A DNA stretch of 64,000 nucleotides from contig CM035351.1 of assembly GCA_020137815.1 (NCBI GenBank), positions 8,618,001-8,682,000 on the forward strand, read 5' to 3'. The notes under the pieces are model-generated. The model ran no database searches. It saw nothing but the letters and a program-made list of their open reading frames with translations, and was not told the origin of the DNA. The stretch's first letter is position 1. Every line of letters starts with the position of its first letter. This DNA is from Hormiphora californensis. Lineage: Eukaryota > Animalia > Ctenophora. Made by a program: the position numbers and the translations under genes. Positions 25,182 to 38,743 of this stretch are shown here, piece after piece.

Positions 25182-28100
25182 TCACGCCCTAATAACAGCA
25201 ATTGGAGCGCTATTGTCCTCATCCTCAGTCTCACTATGTGCACTCTCCAGTAACCGTCTCATGTCAGTCCTCTCAGGTCGGTCCCGGGGGAACATCCATC
25301 CTGACCCCCGGGATGTCTCCACAGGACACAGCACCATCGGTCCTGTCCCGTATACCTCCTTACAATTTGGCATACAGCCAATATCATAGGCATTCTTGGG
25401 TGGGACGGGCTCATTTCGGAAGCGTGGGTACCGACCCATTTCAAGGGTAGACTTGTTGCTGGCGGTTAGGAAACCATGAAACACCCACAGCCCCGTTACA
25501 GCAAGGGAAAACATCACGGAGACAAAGAAGACCACCATGATATTGAACCGATCCATTTCCGAGACGGTGGCTAGTTGGGCGACCCTGTTCCAAATGTAGA
25601 CGGCCCAGGGAGCCGCAAAGAGTGCCACTGTAAATGTGTAGATACAGCTGAGTGGATATTATTGGGTTAGAGGTGGGTGAGAATAATAGAAGTTATAGAT
25701 AACTTTAGTCGTTTTGAACACTTCGGTTTCCCAGATTTACCTGTACATTAGAAATATGACGAAGAATTTGTAGTTTTTGTATCCCACACAATTATTTATC
25801 CTGCAAAACAAATTTAGAGGTGTAAGGTACCAATAAGTAGGGGAGGGTAAGTCGATGAATTTAGTCACATGACTACTTCCCTTCTTTATTTCTCTCGCAT
25901 TATGACCCTGGTAATGACCCTATCAACTATTCTCTCAAATGTATGTTTGCGATAGTTCCCTGTGGATTTATCCCAGGCACCCTCTAGAAGAAGAAGATCC
26001 CCTCTACTTACCAGGGACAGTGGTGATCCATCTTTAGCACACATCTCTTACACAAACTGCAGTGGTGAGACCGGTCTGGTTTTATACACAGGCATACCTC
26101 ACAGTACCGGACTCCATTGCTCAGGGTACATTCGTGTACTGGTAACCGCATTGCAACCTCATCGAGGAATGCTTTTGGATCACTTGACCTGGGTGTGGAG
26201 GTTAGTGAAGATTAAACAATTAATTTAATGAACTAATTTCAATTAAACATATTAACTGAATGTAGGTGTGTTCTTGTGTGAACAAACTGTATTTCCAGTG
26301 TGTGAACCAACCTATCAAAGTTTTCTCGTTCCAGGGGTGTAAGATAGAACTGGTGTGGGACTCTCCCAGCGTCAGAGAAGATGGCCCTGACATAGCTGAC
26401 GGAGAAGGCAACGAACACAATGTGATACACCACCAAGTAGAATGCTTTCAATCCTGAAAAGTATAAATTGATCATTTGTGGTTGCATGGTTTTATGTTTT
26501 GAACACGAGATGTTATGTAGTATGACATTCGGACACCTATTTACAGGCCCCCAATTCATTCCCCCCCAGCATCCCGGTGGACTTTAATATACGTGTATCT
26601 GATGGAGAAAAGTATTATCCGTACACGCAATCTCTATCTCTCCTTCTCTAATCTCTATCACACGACACACACTCTCTCTCTCCCCCTCTGTATCTCCATC
26701 GCTCTATCTCTCCCTATACCTCCCTCTTTCTCTCGATTTGTTCAAGTACAAACTCTTTTATATAACAGTCTAACTTGGCAACTCTCGATGTGTCTGTATT
26801 TAATGACATTGTTTGAATCCAACTGCTTTAAAAACGGAGTACACCCGTCATAGTAACAGGTGTTTGAGCATACTCTATCTCTTAGGAGGAGTATACTCTA
26901 TACTATCTCTTAGCTTATCCTTCAGTTTAGCCTTCGTTGAATGTGTTTAGAACATTAATAAAGTAGTAACAGAGTAGCAAATCAGTGATTTGCTACTCTA
27001 TTACTACTTTATTAATGATTTGAAATCACTTTAGAACTCTCTCCTTCTCCCAAGTATTATCTAGTTCATGGCCTGAACAATGTGATGGTTGGGAGATATT
27101 GTTTACTGTTTCTCCTTGGAGTAACCCTCACCAGACAAGCGGCTGTTAAACAAGTTGAAGTTGTTAGCGCCACTGCAAGGACAGTCTACTTCGCGGACGA
27201 CCGTCCACAGTCTGAAAATGCTTTCGACGGTGACGCAACAACACATTACGTTTCGGACGGCAGTCAACCAGATCAGTGGTTAAAACTAACTTTAAAAGAA
27301 CCGACTTCAGTTCAAAATGTCGTTATTATTAACAGGTAAATAACTATAGAAGATCACTGATTAAATAACTATAGTCCCTGGAAAATGACTAAGGCGGTTC
27401 AAGGTGCGTGCTGCACAATTTTTCCTGCTATTTTTGCAAATTTGGTCCGCTTAATGTGTCCCAACATCTAAAACCAACCCAGCCGCACCCAGTGGACGCA
27501 TGGAATCACTTGTAACTCGCGTTTCCTGCTTGCTATGCTCCTGATTCCTGAAACTACCGGTAACACGCATAACGAACCGCCTAAGTCATTTTCCAGGGAC
27601 TATACTTAAATAGATGGAAATCTGAATAAATTCACAATTACTTATCAGGCTTTGGAATTCGGATTCGGTAGTAAGAATTAGAGATCGTCTACTTGGTACT
27701 ACAGTTTCTCTAATTGGATCTACAATTAACACCACCTGTGGCACTATCAACTCTGTCAATGTTGAGTCATCTGTAGAAGATCAGACCTATACGATACCCT
27801 GTCCAGTAACGACAGAGAAAACTCTGGCTGTCTTCCTATACGATGATGTAATGGAGCTGTCTCAAGATGCGGGTTATAATCGCATCTTCATGAACGTAGC
27901 AGAGGTGAAGGTGTACAAGTTATACAAAATAAGTAAGTAAACAGATTTGTAGTTCTACTAAATATTATCTATAAAAGTGTAGCCAGGGTATCACTTTTTA
28001 TAGATTTCTGTTCTTTGTGCTGTGTAATGTACTCGCGACTCACAACAGACAATTAAATACTGACAACGTACTGAATACAATTTGAATTAAACCCCCTACT

Positions 28101-28440
28101 CATGGTTGGAGGTGGCCACTTTTATTTAAATTTGACACTCGCCAATACCCATTTTCCATAATTGTTTCAATTGTTTGTTTGATCATACAGTTATGGAATA
28201 TGGATAAACTCCCGCTGTCTCTAACCCAATATATTCACACTGAAAGCTTTGTATGTAACCTCTCTCGATATACACAACTAAAAGCTTTCTCCTACTTCTA
28301 ACGACTGCCAATTCCAACGTACCATGCTCGGGTAGGACGCTACAGAGGGAGATTACAAAGGCGTAGTAGGACCACACCACAATCGAGGAGATGATCAGCA
28401 CTGGTATCGCTTGGAGGATTCGAGATAGCGTCTGCAACAT
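25182..28440 (-). CDS. DHHC palmitoyltransferase (ZDHHC2/15/20-like), multi-exon
   Basis: [17 protein letters not shown]; [26 protein letters not shown]|INNCVG; NKSTLE; NAYDIG. Confidence 0.9.
26953..27018. repeat. Short hairpin/palindrome upstream of the nested gene
   Basis: cattaataaagtagtaacagagtagcaaatca-g-tgatttgctactctattactacttttattaatg. Confidence 0.75.
27085..27940 (+). CDS. Secreted discoidin/F5-8C (galactose-binding, fucolectin-like) protein nested antisense in ZDHHC intron 1; exons 27085-27335 and 27649-~27940
   Basis: Signal peptide; ENAFDGD..T..QWLKLTL..VVIINR|..[21 protein letters not shown]. Confidence 0.75.
27372..27602. mobile_element. MITE with TA flanks in the intron of the nested gene
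   Basis: TIRs TAGTCCCTGGAAAATGACT / AGTCATTTTCCAGGGACTA. Confidence 0.85.
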
Positions 28441-28494
28441 CTTGACATTGCTACAGTTGAAAAACGGAGGTTGAGAGAGGAACAAATGAAGATG

Positions 28495-28668
<174 letters not shown>

Positions 28669-28985
28669 GAAACTCATGTACAATGGCATCTTGGTATTAT
28701 GTAACACGATATGCAATAGAAATTTGTAACAAAATATTTATTTCCTACGTTAGTCGGATTGACAAAAGCAAAGAGAAACGCAAAATATTAGTACAAAACT
28801 AATTTATGGTCTAATTCTTGCTGCATTGCACAGTGATTTTGGAACAATGTTAGAGATAGATATTGTACACCACAGGCGCTCTAAATTATGCACAGTAGCA
28901 GTGCATTTAATAACTTAGGAAGGACAATACTAAAATACAATTCCACAAATGTTAAAAAACAATATAACTCTGATTAAAAAACGTT

Positions 28986-31283
28986 TTAGAGAACGGTCAC
29001 ACACCCATCTAGGTGTGAGTTGATGTTAGTCTCCATCACCATTACCCCACAAACAGGGCATGCAACCTTGTTTTGTGACGTCATAACGTCTTGTGACGTC
29101 ATAGTGTCTTGTGACGTCATAACGTCTTGTGACGTCACTCTAGAAGATCCAACTGCTTCCTCTTTGGGTGATATCCTCTGGGGTGGTATTTCACGCACAA
29201 TTTGTAGTTCATCTTCATCATCTGGTATACTGCTAAGACAGATGGGCAGGTGGGAGGATAGCAGGGCTAACTTGTCACATACAGGACACCTCTCCTTGTT
29301 CTCCTTGGTCTCAGATTTGGGGCGTTTAGCGGGAGGAGAGAGGACTAGAAGATCAGTATCGTCATCCGAGATGGGGGATTTCTTAACAAAATACTTGGTT
29401 ATTTGACTAGTGGGAGGTGGAGGAGGTGGAGCTTTCTTTTTACCACTTTTAGGCGGTGTCGTTTTCCTTCTCTTAGTTCCCCCGCTTGAAGAAGGAGTGT
29501 TGGAAATAGTAGACAGGACTGATCCCTGAGAGGATACCGAGGACTGACTTGAACTGATCATTGTTAAGTTTAGTTTGGTCTGATTTAGGTCTGTCTTGGG
29601 TTGTTGACTGGAGGAAGGGCCACTGCCCAAACGATTTCCAGCCCCTGAAAATGGGGTGAAGTTCCGAAAAGGGCAAGAATTTGGCGGGGATTTCTCGAAT
29701 ATGGTAGTTAGTTTAGGTGTTCCTTTTGTTGGATCTGATAGTTTCTTCTTGTCTTGGGATTTATCTTCTGTTTTGATGTCTTTAGACTTGTCCAATTGTT
29801 TACCACCCTGCAATAATTCAACGTTATCAAACTATAAACTTCAAAGAATTTTTTTACTGATTACACTTGAATATTATAGATAGAATAAACATGATAAAGA
29901 TTCAATTGCCTGTTATCAAATGCTCTAGTACCTTTTTCTTCTTCTTAGTGTATTCTGGTGGCTCCAATACTTTAACAAAAGTTCCCCCACAATTCGCCTT
30001 GTGTTCGGCATGCCAAAGATCATGGGGTCCGGGTGCCCTGTTCATACTCCGTTTTACGTACCTAAACACAGGAACATTATCCACAAAGAGAAAACACCCA
30101 AAAACATATCGGATAATGGATATCACAGCCCTTAAAACCGCACACCATTATATCACCCGCTACACCTGTCACCATTATACCAGCCGTTACACCCACTGCA
30201 CACCTACCCATAAAAGGGAGGTCTGTGCTGGCAGGGGCCCTGGCATTTCCACACATGTACCCTCTGGGCCTTGACCTCATCATGAAATGTATGATACACC
30301 TAGAGGAAGGGTAGCAAGCTGTGAGAAAAGATACGTTCTTCATAAATTATTCCTAATGAGTGTTTGTTTGAATTGATATGTTGGCTATAGCCCAACTGTT
30401 CCTTCTGAGTTTAGGTATTAGGTATTAGGTCACAAGTTTGGGCCACAAATAACGCCCACAGCTATAACAAATGAAGAAGCACTTTCCATCAGAGAAACAC
30501 GCCGTGTTTTCACTAAGTGGGCATTTCAACACTTGAACTACACGAAGCGTTATTATATTGGTGTATAATTGGTAAGCGTGTATTAGTATTGAAAAGTTTA
30601 ACTGCCTTCCCACTTCTTTATACTGGCCGATATTTTAAGGCCGACCCCCCCCGCCCCCAATACTGACCGATATTTTGGATCCGATCCGTCCATTAATCCT
30701 GTACATGTGTTTATGGAACTCAGGACCATGTCCATCCCTGTCCCTGTTATTATGTGTTACGAAGAGGTAGGCATGTATCATCTCGTGCAACAGTGTCTCC
30801 ACCAGATCCTTCCTAGGGTCTCAGGGACAGTAGAGGTTTGGAGAGACCGATGGTGCAGAACCCACTGCGGGTTTGGTACCGGCATATCCCTGCACACCTA
30901 ACAAGAAGGGACAGGGTGAATTAATTCAAAGATAGGAGAAGATGGTGTGGGGTTTATAATGGGGGAAGAGGGGTTTATCAAAACCAAAAACCGCTCCAAC
31001 CAACTACCATCAAAATGACAGACATCTGAAAGATCACTTACAGGGTCATTCTAGGGCTCCATTTGACCTCCACTGCAGCTAGTTTTCCCCAGAAGAATCT
31101 CTTGTCAAATTCTCGGAATAGTTCGTGTATGTTGGGATTTGGATCACTTAGCTCTAGTGATGGATCAACAGGAGATGGCAATCCATTATCCATCCTCCCT
31201 CTCTGTGTTGTCTTGGTCTGTGCGGCCTACCCCGGCAGATGTTGTGTCACAGTAGTAATCCAGGGAAGAAAGGCATTATCCAT
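28986..31283 (-). CDS. SPRTN: DNA-dependent metalloprotease Spartan, multi-exon, with frameshifts in the 5' part
   Basis: DPNPNIHELFREFDKRFFWGKL, VETLLHEMIHAY (HExxH), MNRAPGPHDLWHAEH..CGGTF, SHP box FSGAGNRLG, C-terminal UBZ fingers. Confidence 0.9.
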
Positions 31284-31673
31284 TCACCTTCCTATACTAA
31301 GATGTTTAGGGGTGAGGGTAAGAGAAACAAGGGTGATGGTATGAGCACAAAAACGCGGAACGAAAGATATTTCAAAGGATAAAGGATTGAGCTGAATGCT
31401 TGTCAAATGATTCCTGTATGTTGTATATTATGTAGTAAAGCAGTATATTGCAGTGAGAACAAACGAGACTTGTCAGTGAACATAAAACACATACAAAACA
31501 ATAAAAGTTATATACATCACATATATCAACACATTCCAAACTCTCTATTTCCCATATAGAATACACAGACAACTCTCTCATGATAAATGCCACTAGATAC
31601 GCTACTCACAATATAATGTACTCACAATAATGCTATACTATGCTAGATATATGACAAATGCGTCTGCAATAAA

Positions 31674-32912
31674 TCATTCAATATCATACATATTGGTGTG
31701 TCCCACTCCCTCGCACTCCACCACATAAGACTGCTCCCCCAGATTCCCATTTTCCTCTTTGGCCACAGTAAACCTTGCTCCTGTCAGTGCCTCACAAACA
31801 TGTATTGCAGTCTTGGTGTGAAGTGTAAGGGGTCCTGTCCTGATTCTAGAGGTCCCCCTTGCCAGAGCAGCCAGGATAATGACCTGATCCTGCATGTAGC
31901 AGTCACAACACCCTCCCTCCTCGTAATCTTTTATCAGCCGCTCTGTTGTATCAGTAGCCAACCTCTCCGGTGATCTTTTGTTGGCTCCAACGGAACTGGC
32001 TGCCAATAAACACCCTTTATTGGTTTTCAGGAGTATTGTTATACCCCATCCCTCCTGACATCCCTCCTCTAGGACCTCCGTAGTAATCTTGAGATCCCCA
32101 AACCGGCGTGATAGGAGGCTAACTGCGGGGTGAAGACATCGCTTACCAGTACCACCAAGGACAGACACAGTAGCGGACACTGGGTCTCCTCTCTCTAGCA
32201 GTGTTACGGGTTGGAGGTGAGTGAGGGGGTGGATCTTAACTTCAACCTCGCCGCCGCCCCGGGGGTTGAATCCTCGACGTACCACCTCAGTTTCGTACCT
32301 CACACCAAACAGAGCGGCGTAGTGAGAGAAGACCCGGGTGAAATAGTCAATTGGCGGTGCAAAGTCGGCGTTAGTACCACCCTTGAGAACTAAAGTTGAG
32401 GCCTCTGACGCGAATAGCAGACATGGTAGTGAAGTCTGGAGGAGTAGTGCCACACTACCAGCAGTCTTGACATCAACAGAGTATTTCCCAGCTCTGATCT
32501 GGTGAGGGGAGAGTGATATCTCCTCAGACCTGATCTCTCCACCAGTCAGCTGCCCCGTACAGATAGCCGCCACAAGACGCAACCCTGCCAGGTGTTGGGC
32601 ACTAAGACCTGGTTTGGGCCTGGAAGCCCTGACCTTGTGGACTGTGACAGGTATGGATGTTAGGCAGGAGAGAGCTGCGGATATCCGGAGTATTTGTCCA
32701 CCTCCCTCCAACACTGATCCGTCAATTGTCCTCGCCTGCTGCTGCTCCGGGTATTCTTCTTCTGCCTTCTTGGAGAGTTTAGGTAGAGCTAAACACAGTT
32801 CAGGGCTGTATAACACTTCCGGTTCCCCACGTCTTGGGTCCCCCCTGTCATATGCACTGTTACCACCACGACGGTTACCATGGTTACCCCAGTTACCTCT
32901 TCCTCGTGGCAT
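31674..32912 (-). CDS. RTCA: RNA 3'-terminal phosphate cyclase, intronless
   Basis: IDGSVLEGGGQILR, RPKPGLSAQHL, GGTNADFAP, MQDQ, TLHTKTAI. Confidence 0.95.
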   Translation of the reverse strand: MPRGRGNWGNHGNRRGGNSAYDRGDPRRGEPEVLYSPELCLALPKLSKKAEEEYPEQQQARTIDGSVLEGGGQILRISAALSCLTSIPVTVHKVRASRPKPGLSAQHLAGLRLVAAICTGQLTGGEIRSEEISLSPHQIRAGKYSVDVKTAGSVALLLQTSLPCLLFASEASTLVLKGGTNADFAPPIDYFTRVFSHYAALFGVRYETEVVRRGFNPRGGGEVEVKIHPLTHLQPVTLLERGDPVSATVSVLGGTGKRCLHPAVSLLSRRFGDLKITTEVLEEGCQEGWGITILLKTNKGCLLAASSVGANKRSPERLATDTTERLIKDYEEGGCCDCYMQDQVIILAALARGTSRIRTGPLTLHTKTAIHVCEALTGARFTVAKEENGNLGEQSYVVECEGVGHTNMYDIE

Positions 32913-33324
32913 TAAGTACTATAAAGTGTGTGGGTCCATGGTATTGTATTTGTTATTACGACAACAATCTCTAAATGAGATGCATGCAGGCAAGATTTTC
33001 AGAACACGCTAAACTTTGATCCATAACAAATATGAGAGAGAGAGAGGAATTATATATTCACAACGTCACTTTTCTATCTGTATATACGATAATCACATAA
33101 AGAACACAACAGAGAATGAGAAGATCGGGCACGTGTATTTAATTTAAAATTGATTACAAGCAACTTTTAAAACTGTGAGAAAGTTTGTACATGTTTTGCA
33201 GAAAATATTGCGGTGCTCCAATGGCTCTCTACGTCACAGCATGAGAGGTGTCACATAAAATATCCCTGAATTTTCCATTAAAACAGTTTCAAAGAGTGTC
33301 TACTAAGAGGGGGCGACAGTATAT

Positions 33325-36300
33325 TCATTTTTCGAGTGAAGAGTAGGGTGTATCTGAGAGATGAAGGATGTTAGCTCGGATATTGAATGGAAGGTCCTCC
33401 TGTGATCTGATCTGATGGAAGAGTGCCTCGGCATGCCCCAGGATCGTGTGTAGGTCCAGTGTTCCAGAGAGGTCGTTTATGTACTGGGAGAAGGAAGGGG
33501 GTTAAAGTGCATGACATGAGGATGGTTCTAACAAGAGTAACTACACCAAGTACACTACAGTGTACAATATTTCCGGAACTAATGAGCTAATGACAGATAA
33601 TATATTCCCTTACCCGAAGGATGTCTGAGAAGTTCATTTGTCGTGAGATGATAGTATCCCTCTCCTGGAGCAACATTGCTGTGGCGATAAAGAGGGAGTA
33701 GTCTGTTTCATATGGACATGTCCAGAGAACCTCCCATAGCTCATACACTTCACCGGGCCTGAAGGAATACATTGGGTTAAGTAAAGAGCAGTCCAGATTA
33801 TCTAGGGAACACACTAGTACCTAGTAGTATGGCACTAACTTGAATTCTCGTTTGAAGTTGATGAGTAGCCAGCGGAAGCAAAAGAAGAAGTTAGAAGAAT
33901 CCTCTCTCTCCAGATGATTGTAAAGCTCACTGTCGCAGTAGTAAACCAGGGACGATAACTCTGACAATTTCTCCTGGATCCGCTTCTGGTCCATGGTGAA
34001 ATTGAGTTCCTGAAATATGTTCCATTGGAAATCAGGAGAAATAAAGTAAAACATATTTCCTAGTTCGGGAGCGTGTATTACACGCGATACTAAAGTTGGT
34101 AGGGAGGAATAAATTAACATATTAATAACATAATATGTAATAGCGTGAGTAATAAAACAAGTAGGAGGGTGTCATCTCACTACATACCATTTTCTCCATG
34201 TACCCTACGAATGACCAGAAGGTATGTTGTTTATTATCCTGGTACAAAATGTGAAGAGGAGAGATGAGATCACTCATTCCCTGCACGTAACCTGTGTAAA
34301 ATATGATCTCACATTATCATTTCATTCAGATTTCAGAATGGAGATTTAAAGAAAGATTCTACTTATATTAAAATACCCCAACACCCCCTCTTCCGTCCCC
34401 CCTCCCTCCCAAAAAATACCCCACAAATACCCCACAAATACCCCACAAATACCCCACAAATACCCCATACAATTAGTTTCACGTACCCAGATCGAAGTTG
34501 TGTTGACAGTAGGTCATCAACATTTCGTACATATCATGAACGTTAGGGTTATCTTCTCCCTTGTAAAAATCGTTCTTCCTGTCTGTCCTCAGCACATCCT
34601 TCTCTACTAGAGCCTCTCGGTCCCTATCAAAAGGGAGATTCTGTGAAGGTTCGGTAGCTAGTAGAGGATATAACAAGATATTATAATGTGTAATGAGCAG
34701 TACCTGTAAAGTGAATTTCGTTTCATCTGATCAGGTGTTATACTTCTCCATTGTGTCTCCGTGACCTTGTATAACGCCTCCCTGTCCTCCAATATTGCTA
34801 CCCTTTCTAACCGTGTGCTATCCCATGGGTAGACCCCCAGCAAAAAGGGCCACACTTCCCTCCTGAGAGCGGGGTCACAACCTCCACTGAAGATCCTATC
34901 CTGGAGCTCCTTGACACGATGTACCCTTCCATCCGCATCAAGGTGTGTCTCCCACAGCTCCGGGGTAAAACACCAATCCCGTTCTACTGCAACTGTCCTG
35001 GGGAGAGGTTTCCTCAGATCGTATAACTCAAAATTATTCTCAGCGGGCCGGTGTGATAGGTGATCAGGTGGGGCTGTCGTTGGGTCTTCCATTTGGGGTA
35101 ACTGCTGGTGGTCAGAAGGTGATGGAGAGGGGGAGTGGTGCTGGTTGGGAGAGGGACGGGAGGTGGGTTTCCCCGCTCCTCGGAGAAAGTTGGTCACTTT
35201 GGAGAGCCCACTGAGGGTCACATCATACACATCTTGGATGTCGTAGGCTAGTTTCTGAAATAGTGTTTAGGTGGTAAAGATACAGATACAGTCGGACCCC
35301 GATTTAACGGCCCCCGATTTAGCGGCACCCCGATTTAACGGCAGGATAAATTTCCCCCAACAATTTTTTGAAAATTTTTTTGAAAAGGTGTTTCAACCAC
35401 GTCCGAATCGTGTTTCGAATCGGTGCATCTTATCGCATGTCTTACCCGTAATTAGACGGTTCGAAACAAACAGATATGTGATCCCCATGAAGCCCATCCA
35501 GTCGCAATTTTGACGCTTGTTAAACTGGCCCCATGGGGATCACGTATCGGTTCGTTTCGAACCGTCTAATTAGCGACAGGACGTGCGATAAGATGCACTG
35601 ATTCGAAACACGATTCGGACTTGGTTGATATATCTTTGAAAAATTTTCATAACTTTTTTTTGGAAAATTTTACAGAATGATTGTCAATGCTTTGATCGGT
35701 GCTCCCCATGAATTTTCAGAGAAAAAGATATTTTGAAATTCGAATTCTTTCTCACCCCGCTTAAAGTGCCCCGATTCGGCATGGTATCACGTATCGGTTC
35801 GTTTAGAACCGTCTAATTAGCAGCAAGACATGCGATAAGATGCACTTATTCGATATACGATTCGGACGTGGTTGATATACCAGTACACGTACCTTAGAAA
35901 ACTTTTATAACTTTTTTAAAAATTTTTGAATTACAGTCGGACCCCGATTTAGGGACCCCCGATTTAGGGACACCCCGATTTAGGGACAGGATTTTTTTTC
36001 CCCCAAAAATTTTTGAATTTTTTTGGGAAATTTTTTGTGAAATTTTTCAAAAAGATTCCAGCCATGTCCGAATCGTGTTTCGAATCGGTGCATCTTATCG
36101 CATGTCCTTCTGCTAATTAGACGGTTTGGAACGAACCGATACGTGATCCCCATGGTGCCCATCGAATCACAAGTTCACCAAGGTCCAAGCGTCAAAATTT
36201 CGTTTCGATGGGGATCACGTTTCGATTCGTTCCGTCTAATTAGCAGCAGGACATGCGATAAGATGCACCGATTCGAAACACGATTCGGACGTGGCTGGTA

Positions 36301-37769
36301 TACCTTTAAAAAATTTTATAACTTTTTTGCAAAATTTTACAGTACGATTGTCAATGCTTTGATCGGTGCTCCCCATAAATTTTGAGAGAAAAAGTTATTT
36401 TTAAATTTTTATACTTCCTCACCCGCTTAGGGTGCCCCGATTCGGTATGGTATCACGTATCGGTTCGTTTTGAACCAGCTAATTAGACAGGATATCCAGT
36501 AAGTTGCACCGATTCGAAATACAAACCGGACGGGCTGGTATAACTTAGAAAATTTTTCACATTTTTTTGAAAAAGAATTATTTTTTTAATCAGAAATGAT
36601 CATGTCATCAATACATGAATATTGCATATAACAGTTAGAGGTGTCTTTAGTCTTAATAATTGTATAGCATTTTGGGCAATAAAATAGGTTTTTTGGGTCA
36701 AATATGGCTCACCCCGATTTAGTGGACACCCCGATTTAGTGGACAAGACCCTTTCCCCCGAGGGTGTCCCTAAATCGGGGTCCGACTGTATTTTCTTTTT
36801 CTTATCAGAAATGATCATGTAATAAATACATGGACATTGCATTTACTTAGAGGTGTTTTAGTATAGTATTTTGGACGAAAATAGGGTTTTATGGGCCAAA
36901 TATGCTCTACCCCGATTTAACGGACACCCCGATTTAACGGACAAAACCCTTTCCCCCGAGGGTGCCGTTAAATCGGGGTCCGACTGTAACATAAACAGCA
37001 GGGTAGTTTTTAAAAGTGATTACTGTGATTAGTGAATACCTTGTAGACTTGTTTATTATTCCCAGGACGCTCCATATCAAGCTCCTTCATAGCGCTCATC
37101 AGGCCTGCTTTGCTGTGGTCCACTAGGAAGGTATTGTGATGTCTCATAAAGCAGAGATACCGCTTCAAGCACTGAACAAAGCGGTATACAGAATCAAGTT
37201 TTGGGAAGAATATCGGTGGGAGTTTTCGTTTTTCAGAGGTGATCACAAGACATGGTCGGCCTTTTTCCCCGATCTCTTGCTTCAAACAATCAATCTGAAA
37301 TATTGGACATGTGTGAAAAGAAGGTCGGGATTTGGGATCTTACTTTAAGTAAAGAAAACGATATTGTAAACTGTATTAAGTGTTTACTTACAGTTGAAAC
37401 GGCAATTCGAAAGGAAGGTGCATCAGGAGATCGTGGTTTTGAAGCATCGTGTGCTATCACTCCCCATTCATCAAATGACATGTGGTTATTGACATCGTAT
37501 GAATCAAATGGAGTCCACTCTATGTAACCCTTCTCACCCTGAAGAAGAAAACAACCCGATTTAGTCGTCATAAGTCACATTTGTTTTGTTTTAGACACCC
37601 ACTTCGAAGTGCATACCCTTTCTAAGACGGACAATGTCCCTGATGATCCTCGTTCTTCTGAATAAATTTCAACATCGTACTCCTCGTATAGTCTTCGAGA
37701 TATCGGTGGCAATTCATCTTCTTCGACTACCGTACTCTGTTCTGACGCAGCCGCTTCTTCTTCTTCCAT
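33325..37769 (-). CDS. TBC-domain Rab GAP (TBC1D15/17-like), multi-exon
   Basis: RIFSGG..LRREVWPFLLG, EKDVLRTDR, DLGYVQGMSDL, FFCFRWLLINFKREF, LWEVLWT. Confidence 0.9.
35289..36986. mobile_element. pogo/Tigger-like non-autonomous element (outer copy)
   Basis: TA|CAGTCGGACCCCGATTTAACGG ... CCGTTAAATCGGGGTCCGACTG|TA. Confidence 0.85.
35934..36788. mobile_element. Related pogo/Tigger-like element nested inside the outer copy
   Basis: TA|CAGTCGGACCCCGATTTAGGGAC ... GTCCCTAAATCGGGGTCCGACTG|TA. Confidence 0.85.
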
Positions 37770-38743
37770 TAATACTGAATCTACAAAACCATATAAAGTG
37801 ATTTGTTAACTAACTACCTTCAAGATGAAGATCTATACTTGGGTGTTAGCACTAAAGTCTAAACCGTACGCTGTGGGGCGAAGGGGGAAAAATCGGGGAA
37901 AAATCCACGAGAAAAAAAATGAAATTTCACAGCTTTTCGCGATCAAAAATTTCCAGATTTTATTTCCCTCGAAACTTAAACGAAAGCGCGCCGCGGCGCT
38001 ATATTTGCGCGTACCAAAATTCGCGCCATTTGCGGATCAAATGTCGCGTTGGATTGGGTCGCATTATCTCACAATTTCTGGATCAATCTTCAACCAACTG
38101 CTTCTTTTGTAGCTGTACCGTTTTCAATTCTTGTTCCTGGTTCCATGAACTAATTAGCCTGCTTCTTTGATTATCTCTACTGATATGATAGGCTTTCTGA
38201 TGACGTAATCAGCTAGTCAGCTACAGTCCTACTGCTTATTTTACTTCCGATATGAGTTCATACTTCATAGTTCATAGTTCATACATTTTACATGTCATAT
38301 CACGGGACGTACTGCAAGATGATCAAACTGTAGGTAGTTGGATCTAGTCCAATTGATACTGCACATTTGGCACCTTGGCATTGTACAGTGTGTTAACATG
38401 ATAGGCTAACATTGTAAGGGACAAGCATTAAGTTCACCAAACACATATTGCAACAAAAGCCTTGAGTGTTTGGTTATTTATAAGTTGTTCAAAAGTCATG
38501 TAGAAAAGTGTGCTTCTTAACTTCTTGCTTTGTAGTTTTAATGTTTATTAGGGGTAGATATTAATTCTTTAGAAGTCTAAATCTGGCTTCACTTGTTTTG
38601 TATGATTTAGTTTCTGCATGTAGGTACAGTGTACACACACGCACACACGTCACGTACATAGCACTAGACGAATGCAGCAGTACCAACTTCCGGTGTGTAT
38701 AACATGTGTGTTTCTTGTAGTTTCTTGCATGTCGGCTACTCAG

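Noticed and set aside
38672-38743. Signal-peptide-like N-terminus on the BTB-Kelch protein
   Set aside because: The hydrophobic stretch is the translated pyrimidine tract before cag|ATG at 38744
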